DNA from: Asterias rubens
Taxonomy: Eukaryota
Direction: 5' to 3'
Assembly: GCF_902459465.1 (NCBI RefSeq)
Contig: NC_047069.1
Coordinates: 19,530,001-19,594,000, forward strand
DNA: 64,000 nt
In this document: positions 61,001 through 64,000 of the stretch, one piece after another
Numbering within the stretch: the stretch's first letter is position 1
Layout of the letters: every line of letters begins with the position of its first letter
Notes under the pieces: model-generated
Seen by the model: only the letters and a program-made list of their open reading frames with translations
Database searches by the model: none
Told to the model about the DNA's origin: nothing
Position numbers and translations under genes: made by a program

Positions 61001-63540
61001 ACCGTATCAGTGCGCTTTAAATTAGTGCCCTGGTAATCCCTTTTGAATGTTTCTCAGCTCACTTGGGAGTATACAACCTGAGCAAGAGTGTATATTGCTC
61101 CAAAGGCTCTTTCATTCACAATATCAACCTCTACCCTCTCGCAGGTACCCATTGATTCCCCTGGGTGGAGAGAAGCAATTATAGTACAGTATCTTGCTCA
61201 AGGACACAAGTGTCACGACCGGGATTCGAACCCACACTCCGGTGAACTCGCACCAGAACTTGAATTCAATGCTCTTAACCACTCGGCCATGACACTCTAC
61301 TCTTTACATTAGTGCCCTGGTCTTTGGGCCAATAATATTCCTTTAATCTTTCTCAGCTCCCTGAGGAGTATACAACCCCAGGCTACCATGGCGCTCCTAA
61401 GGGCTTTTTCATACACAATGTCAACATCTACTCTCGCAGGTACCCATTTATACCCCTTGGTGAAGAGTAGTCGGTAGTCTGGACACTTTGTTCTCTCCAC
61501 CAAGGGGTAAATGGGTACCTGTGAGGGCAGAAATGGTTCTTATGATTGATTTAGCTTGTTGCACGGGCTGTATACTCCCCAGTGAGCTGAGATTGTTTAA
61601 GGAATGATTTAAGGCTCAGTGACCTAAGGGGTCATAGTGTTGGAAGCACTTTAAGACGCCCCTCGGGTGTGAAAAGCCCTACAAAAAAACAGGTTATTAT
61701 TTTTTATATCATCATTACTGATGTTGAATGTTTTCTTCCAGGTATCATAGACACCGCGTCAAGTCTGGAAGGAGGTTGTGATTCCATCTGTAGCTTTTGC
61801 TCAAGGATGAAGCGAGGTCGTCTTTATGCCTGCGCTAGGAGAGAAGGGTACAACGTCCTGGCCATGGGGCAACATCTTGATGATTTAGCGGAGAGGTATA
61901 TTTTTCCTCAATGGGTATATTTGATTAGCTTTCCTGGGTCAACCCCGGCCTGTCCCCGGTACCTTCGAATAGCTTTGATGTCATTCCAGGGGCTCACCTG
62001 GGTCAGCTCGGAGTGCCCTGCTTGTGGAATGGGTCACTTTGGGGCTGGCCCCAGGTGCATGATGTCACCACGAGAGGTTGAGTGATCGTTCGATTAGCTC
62101 TTGTCAGGGGCTCACCTGAGTGAGCACCGCAAGGTCGACACGGGGAAGCTAATTGAATGCACCCAATATTAACCCTTTAGAGATCTACCTTTTTTGTATA
62201 ATCATCACCATACGGACAAACGTAATTTCTCTAAAAATAGAACTTTGGTTTCCTTTAGAAACATGGATACTTTATTAACTTGAAGAACAATGAAACATAT
62301 CAATGCAGGTCATGACCTTTACTTTGACCTTTGTAGTTGAGTTGAAATACATGAAGATCAGGGCCCAATTTCATAAAGCTGTTTAGCAGAAAACTATGCT
62401 TGGCAAATTCCTTTGCTAAGCAATAAATGAGCGTACCAGTCACAGCAACAGTAAACGTACGGTATTTTGGCTGGTAGCCTATTTTTGCTAACAATTGTTT
62501 TCTGTGCTTAGCAGGTTTTTGTTCTAACAGGCTTTTATGAAGTTTGGCCCAGATCTTGCAGCCACATCCAGATCTTGCGGCTATGGGATAGTACAAGCCA
62601 TTTGCGGCCGCTGTGGTCTATAAAGGGTTACATCTCTTAGAGGATGTTTGGGAGAAACTCTCTGAGCAGTCCCCACAAATTTTTATCTCTATATTTGTAT
62701 ATATCTGTAAATTGTAATTTTACTCTTGTTGTCTATAGAGAAGACAAATTTCATGTTTTTTATCATGACAATAAAATATTTCAATCTTTTATCTTTAATC
62801 TTTATTTGATTTTGTATTGCAGTTAACGTTGACCAAAGAAAAATTTGCTAGAGTAGGATTGAACCCACAAGGATTACCACACATATTTACTTCATATTAT
62901 GTGTTTGTCAAATGTTCATATTATAACATTTATGTGTTTGTTAAATGTTCATATACCGGTATTATAACTTGTGTTCATCAAATGCTTGTTGTTGTTTTGG
63001 GTTGTTTTTTTATGGTGGGGGGGGGGGGGGGGGTGGGTCTAGAAGATATAATATTTTTTTCTTGTATAATTCTATCTCTTTTCCCTGCTTTTTGTTGATT
63101 TCTGTTGATTTTGTTGATTGTTGTGTGCCCTTAAGACCCTCATAAAGGGTGCTCTATAAATACTTATCATTATTAAGATTATTTGTCTTCACAATTGCAG
63201 TTGTTTTGATTTTGTATTTCTCATTTAGCTGTAGGCCTATGTCTATACTGTATATATGTTCGAATTAGAAGTTGACTTTAGTAACATTTTACATGTTTTT
63301 AAATTTAGAGTTTAATTGCAATAAGTTCTTTAGTATAAACAAATAAATGCGTTTAATTTTGAAGTTAGAGAGGCTTAGAATTGTTTTACACTTTGAAGAG
63401 GGGTATTTTTTGTGAAATTACTTTCTCAAATCAAAATATCAGGCTAATTATGATTTTTAACACATTTTTTTCTTCAGCTTCCTGATGTCTGTTTTTCACA
63501 ATGGTCTTCTGCGAACTATGAAAGCCAACTATACAGTCAA
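20..63540 (+). CDS. Multi-exon host gene: SufS-like cysteine desulfurase (aminotransferase class V) fused to a TtcA-like PP-loop thiolase; 3' end lies beyond the window
   Basis: Exons 20-263, 1760-1790, 2028-2144, 3240-3357, 4074-4139, 4458-4523, 5680-5821, 6759-6798, 9916-10069, 51272-51429, 51666-51870, 53555-53616, 54510-54569, 55886-55997, 56487-56645, 57447-57491, 57703-58857, 59902-60024, 60731-60848, 61742-61895, 63478-63540. All introns are GT-AG and phases close with no stop (3392 nt, 1130 codons + 2 nt). Motifs: YCDYTASG, EHHSN, DYATA, SPHKF, RGGCACA, SGGKDS, CSFCSRMKRG, GQHLDD. Confidence 0.92.
428..730. mobile_element. Fold-back MITE / long imperfect palindrome in host intron 1
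   Basis: Arms pair over most of the length (aaccagaaaa..cggtcggatgccatcttggcttaaaa versus ttttaagccaagatggcgtccgaccg..ttttctggtt). Confidence 0.8.
3374..3598. mobile_element. MITE with ~24-bp TIR, immediately after host exon 4
   Basis: aatagacccttcccatgaaatatg .. catatttcatgggaagggtctatt. Confidence 0.8.
6890..7092. mobile_element. Palindromic MITE; half-copies at about 4670-4790, 5060-5130, 5260-5380, 19050-19190 and 55750-55810
   Basis: 36-bp perfect terminal inverted repeat ttaattttggtttttacccatacaccgatgtgtgtt. Confidence 0.8.
7930..8760. repeat. 99-bp minisatellite, ~8 copies, host intron 8
   Basis: agtgattaaagttgtccaaaa recurs at 8101, 8200 and 8299. Confidence 0.92.
9551..9899. mobile_element. 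TTAA-flanked MITE, family A (Kolobok-like termini AGGCAGTGGACAC..GTGTCCACTGCCT)
   Basis: ~25-bp TIRs, TTAA on both sides; ends 16 nt before host exon 9. Confidence 0.85.
11230..11600. repeat. 18-bp minisatellite (ttcacatccaacaagggg)n, ~20 copies
   Basis: Units start at 11521, 11539 and 11557, and degrade leftward. Confidence 0.9.
11715..17686 (-). CDS. Nested TRIM gene 1 (RING, B-box1, B-box2, coiled-coil) with a predicted microexon-encoded tail, ~447 aa
   Basis: Exon 17686-16597 has a C3HC4 RING (CSIC..CRHNFCKKC..CPAC) and two B-boxes, and ends CTT G|gtgagt in phase 1 like its paralogs. Predicted further exons: 15576-15570, 15131-15122, 14798-14751, 14419-14375, 12670-12623, 11810-11715. 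The large exon is certain; the tail is inferred. Confidence 0.7.
12748..13125. mobile_element. Family A MITE (opposite orientation); a partial copy lies at about 12280-12590
   Basis: Same TIRs and TTAA flanks. Confidence 0.85.
13607..13930 (-). mobile_element. L2/CR1-type LINE 3' fragment with a (TAA)n tail
   Basis: WGERSFQSAAPKLWNSLPDTVNLSKSLNTFKNSLKTHF is a typical ORF2 C-terminus. Confidence 0.85.
15325..15414 (-). mobile_element. tRNA-derived SINE head; further copies near 21758(+), 52750(-), 52848(+) and 55101(+)
   Basis: A-box-like cagctcagttggtagag and B-box-like ggttcaaatccc; the acceptor stem does not close. Confidence 0.7.
16147..16370 (+). mobile_element. tRNA-head SINE family 2; copies at about 14030-14310(-), 46600-46790, 60085-60300(+) and 61020-61660 (several)
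   Basis: tggcctagcagttaagagc (A box), gggttggattccc (B box) and a shared body gtgtccttaagcaagacac. Confidence 0.72.
16571..17686 (-). CDS. TRIM1 main RBCC exon/ORF (371 aa if unspliced)
   Basis: ORF-track protein with RING, B-box CELC..CCDC..LCQEC..H..H, B-box CKKH..CATC..ICTAC..DH..H and a coiled-coil. Confidence 0.95.
   Translation of the reverse strand: MADFTPEAVLDVISRGHLDCSICMERFTDPKLLKCRHNFCKKCLEDMMEAQRKALNVICCPACRQDTVIPKAGIAGLDSNFTLKALVDEVSQTEILLRRQRSRIICELCVEGKQAVSRCCDCNVNLCQECHTSHKRMKTTNAHEVVTIDDLRSGKATYVSGQRNEIPKCKKHDQQDLIFYCATCSTLICTACAAVDHRAHIVGDISAASTEFEEIISHLLKKVEEKLKKCKAAKDVALQSRNKHSKMVSEKQTAITQKADEDVARIRENERRLKDQLLEISAKKEKQIADHLTQLEENTRHTKATLDRVKNDTFKIIPFDLLKMKDSILHDLEVAEGWSIPDPVRCMTSEDFKQSGTLSQADLGESSLYFD
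18888..18912. repeat. (GT)n microsatellite
   Basis: About 12 GT units. Confidence 0.9.
19791..21013. mobile_element. Nested TTAA elements: outer MITE interrupted by an 840-bp element (19844-20683) carrying a THAP-domain relic
   Basis: Inner TIR agtcacctggaa..ttccaggtgact with TTAA on both sides. Relic ORF 20211..20405(-) HCIAAGCSKTTKDGVSL..LCSKHFELSCF is THAP-like. Outer termini are aggaacaatacagaattgg and ccagttctgtcatggtcct. Confidence 0.78.
22431..22809. mobile_element. Family A MITE; a degenerate copy lies at about 23300-23620
   Basis: Same TIRs and internal sequence. Confidence 0.85.
24615..26430 (-). CDS. Nested TRIM gene 2: RING-less B-box, coiled-coil, MIB/HERC2-like protein (~312 aa), possibly a decaying paralog
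   Basis: Exons 26430-25722 (phase 1), 25399-25290 (..MMNVGTRVVRGKNWPFGPQ) and 24734-24615 (DGIPPREGEIVGISSTKEVSVRWDAGETHHYYPRFLELA*). Canonical splice sites and phases close. B-box2 is internally deleted. Confidence 0.8.
26431..26650 (-). pseudogene. Degenerate RING relic upstream of TRIM2
   Basis: LTCHINFYQRCLEGMRKVNPMKK / IIFPICRKATTSSEAGSSDLPNSFLLINL aligns to paralog LTCKHNFCQNCLEEMRTAHPLEENIICPICRKETSSPEAGIYDLTQSLFLINL. Zinc ligands are lost and there is a frameshift in a T run near 26540-26549. Confidence 0.75.
26937..27313. mobile_element. Family A MITE
   Basis: TIRs and TTAA flanks. Confidence 0.85.
28130..28345 (-). mobile_element. L2/CR1-type LINE fragment
   Basis: PHYISELLQVYTPSRNLRS then, after a frameshift, GDRSFSSAAPHIWNS. 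Confidence 0.8.
28815..29189. mobile_element. Family A MITE (opposite orientation)
   Basis: TIRs; left TTAA intact. Confidence 0.82.
30330..31915. repeat. AAGACTT-based satellite with a 409-bp higher-order repeat
   Basis: gtctttctacctaagac at 31081, 31281, 31490 and 31690 (spacings 200/209/200). Confidence 0.92.
30576..30953. mobile_element. Family A MITE inserted into the satellite with a duplicated TTAA
   Basis: The empty site ctcagacttaagtctttctacc occurs elsewhere in the array; the filled site reads cagacttaa[MITE]ttaagtctttctacc. Confidence 0.92.
32476..36241 (-). CDS. Nested TRIM gene 3: RING-RING-B-box1-B-box2-coiled-coil-MIB/HERC2-like (~540 aa), intact
   Basis: Exons 36241-34858, 33945-33839 (YLMFGQKRNMTDSEVSDGMKVGTWVVRGKKWHWGAQ) and 32607-32476 (DGDPPGEGVIRRSNDWDVRVGWDEG..*). 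Two complete C3HC4 RINGs; phases close. Confidence 0.9.
32984..33742. mobile_element. Composite TTAA element family C (AGGGAC(G/A)CGTTGCC termini) in TRIM3 intron 2; related partial copy near 14485-14680
   Basis: ttaa|agggacgcgttgcct..aggcaacgtgtccct|ttaa. Confidence 0.75.
34379..34768. mobile_element. Family A MITE in TRIM3 intron 1
   Basis: TIRs and TTAA flanks. Confidence 0.85.
38050..39260. repeat. Imperfect AT-rich internal duplications within the TIR element
   Basis: Blocks such as gtaggcaaggaactg (about 38349 and 39073) and ggcagtttatataaa..gtttggcagc recur 2-3 times. Boundaries approximate. Confidence 0.7.
39205..39732 (-). CDS. Cys-rich putative zinc-binding ORF (175 aa) in the TIR element, probably a truncated element protein
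   Basis: CARCGREC..ICKAC..CALSNFNLC..C..C..IPLC; the sequence after it degrades into AT-rich repeats. Confidence 0.5.
   Translation of the reverse strand: MWQTFINVIQVQQRQSTIAGVKRRAQREKPLPQGQVKCARCGRECFSFMQVQSLRNEQVKLWFKTNSKLSDTDFICKACKISVTKKQTNPEYTPEKSRKKKRVVCALSNFNLCTLTSSHTVECSKEIFNTCFAVDETDEIKTIPLCLYRTTFRSPPFLVSTTCNVFLFSKADIYV
39669..42398 (-). CDS. Spliced SGNH/GDSL hydrolase gene with a basic C-terminal tail, inside the TIR element
   Basis: gccaagATG GAT TG|gtaagt (42398-42391) joins the acceptor before 41208 in phase 2, giving MDWPSSQDDLPYFNVKILGDS. SGNH blocks GDS, PG, GTND and DGLH are all present. Ends either at stop 40167 or by splicing 40191 to exon 39749-39669. Confidence 0.78.
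43222..43240 (-). promoter_or_regulatory. CTCF-like motif
   Basis: Reverse strand CTGCCACTAGAGGGCGCTC resembles the CTCF core consensus CCACCAGGGGGCGC. Confidence 0.4.
43595..43943. mobile_element. TTAA MITE family B (AGCCAATGGACAC termini); second copy at about 6276-6609
   Basis: agccaatggacactttcggta..taccgaaagtgtccaatggct followed by ttaa. Internal sequence is shared with the 6276 copy. Confidence 0.82.
44193..44493. mobile_element. Fold-back MITE
   Basis: agagtcgcgtcgaatcaaat / atttggttcggcgcgactctg, plus inner inverted pairs gacgtctgaaac/gtttcagacgtc. Confidence 0.72.
45249..45406. repeat. ~158-bp near-perfect hairpin, probable small MITE
   Basis: gggaataacagt..agtacccagtcttcactgcgtggtaatgacc pairs with ggtcattaccacgcagtgaagaccgggtactgttattccc. 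Confidence 0.8.
45940..46130 (+). mobile_element. Penelope-like element GIY-YIG C-terminal fragment
   Basis: KFWHQRTVREAIKIKAHNTVPQDIGFFINDIWSPLLK matches the W..R..KEAI.I..D.G..W..LL pattern. Confidence 0.7.
46417..48820 (-). pseudogene. Nested TRIM gene 4: double-RING TRIM-MIB/HERC2 paralog with a 1-nt deletion (pseudogene, null allele or assembly error)
   Basis: ATG at 48820. Exon to 47444 is 1377 nt but the phase needs 1378. It reads atagaaatcttg at 47991 versus gtagaaaatcttg in TRIM3. Downstream exons 46960-46851 and 46536-46417 (DGSPPGEGTIIEAQNEWAFYVRWDED..*) are intact. Confidence 0.8.
49704..50179. mobile_element. Family A MITE with a duplicated left end
   Basis: The ggacac..ggtaattgt segment is repeated three times at the left end; TTAA flanks. 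Confidence 0.78.
51272..57491 (+). CDS. Host exons 10-16: C-terminal half of the cysteine desulfurase domain
   Basis: VSRDDHRYLKQVEMREEGGTPSIVG, LHHNFVCAVLNDVFGLQARGGCACAGPYAQ (the second Cys aligns with the SufS RxGHHC catalytic Cys) and RPGFVRINLPYF. Joins exon 9 in phase 0. Confidence 0.92.
52380..52738. mobile_element. Family A MITE
   Basis: TIRs; TTAA at the left end. Confidence 0.85.
53140..53510. mobile_element. Family A MITE (diverged)
   Basis: Diverged TIRs with family-A internal sequence. Confidence 0.8.
54199..54389. mobile_element. ~190-bp MITE family with GGCCCAATTTCAT termini; other copies near 24265, 44720, 48970, 51040-51165, 57170-57350, 59160-59340 and 62362-62549
   Basis: gggcccaatttcataaagctg..tggaattgggcc, recurring across the window. 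Confidence 0.75.
56020..56222 (+). mobile_element. L2-type LINE 3' end with a (TAT)n tail
   Basis: FWNSLPQHLKDTHDISRFQHSLKTTLF followed by tattattatt. Confidence 0.75.
57703..58857 (+). CDS. Host exon 17 (1155 nt): Ser/Thr/Glu/Asp-rich linker between the two catalytic domains
   Basis: Long polyT acceptor ending tgtag at 57702 and donor gtaatg at 58858. 385 open codons in phase 0-0; overlaps ORF 57769..58866. Confidence 0.88.
59450..59880 (-). mobile_element. Degenerate L2-type LINE 3' fragment
   Basis: Resembles the 13607 copy (gagtgaatag..gattccagag..gtgctgc..gatctgtccccc) and has a (TAA)n tail at 59452-59470. Confidence 0.6.
59902..63540 (+). CDS. Host exons 18-21: TtcA-like (tRNA 2-thiocytidine synthase family) PP-loop ATPase domain, incomplete
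   Basis: MIEDGDRVLVGLSGGKDSLSLL (PP-loop), ICSFCSRMKRGRLY (CxxC; compare TtcA CSLCSRLRRG), LAMGQHLDDLAES and FLMSVFHNGLLRTM. Confidence 0.9.
61924..62158. mobile_element. GC-rich MITE-like insert just after host exon 20
   Basis: Imperfect terminal inverted repeats attagctttcctgggtcaacc / ggtcgacacggggaagctaat; internal aggggctcacctg occurs twice. Confidence 0.55.
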
Positions 63541-64000
63541 GTAAGTAGAAATCCACTGAAACTTTGTAACTTTCAGAACATATCGAGTGTTCAATTTTTG
63601 TTTTCCCAAACACGAAGATTTTCAGGAGTAAATGTTACATATCAGGTACTAATGTCAGACGAAACTCATGTAGTTTTCTCAGTCTAATTTTGATTGACTA
63701 ATTAAAAAATGTAATAAATTAATTTAACTTTCTTGAAGTCAAGTGCAGATTTTAAATTTTAGCAAATATTATTAGAAAACATTTGTAGAAACTTGAGTAT
63801 GTTTGAAGCTTTGCATGTTTTGGACAAAATATACGTAGTAAATTTGTTGGTACACCATGTATAAAACTCTTGTGGGAGAAGTGTTTACAAGAGCTTACTG
63901 TACGGCGCCATGAGCAATGATTGTTGGAATATGGCGCTATACAGATGTTACAATTGATTGAACTCCGCCCCTACACTCCTCCAAAACAACCTTAATACAA

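Noticed and set aside
59902-63540. Bacterial contamination or a recent HGT island as the source of the TtcA-like domain
   Set aside because: The domain is split by canonical spliceosomal introns full of host repeats. Ancient transfer cannot be judged without a phylogeny.

Overview
Animal (eukaryotic) genomic DNA. It is AT-rich and intron- and repeat-rich; a marine invertebrate such as an echinoderm is my inference from the repeat and gene content. (1) A + strand host gene spans the whole window. I could thread 21 GT-AG exons in phase from the ATG at 20 to 63540 with no stop, giving at least 1130 codons, and it continues past the window. It encodes a SufS/CsdA-type PLP cysteine desulfurase domain, a ~385-aa low-complexity linker and a TtcA-like PP-loop thiolase domain. 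(2) Its 41.2-kb intron 9 (10070-51271) holds four antisense TRIM (RING/B-box/coiled-coil) genes. Three end in a two-exon MIB/HERC2-like domain, two have tandem double RINGs, one has a decayed RING, one is frameshifted, and one appears to end in a chain of microexons. (3) A 5.7-kb TIR element with a 4-bp TSD sits upstream of one TRIM. It carries a spliced SGNH-hydrolase gene and a Cys-rich ORF but no recognisable transposase. (4) There are many TTAA-targeting (Kolobok-like) MITEs, fold-back MITEs, tRNA-head SINEs, L2/CR1 and Penelope fragments, and three tandem arrays. All gene models were built by hand from splice consensus and phase closure; no database search was run.
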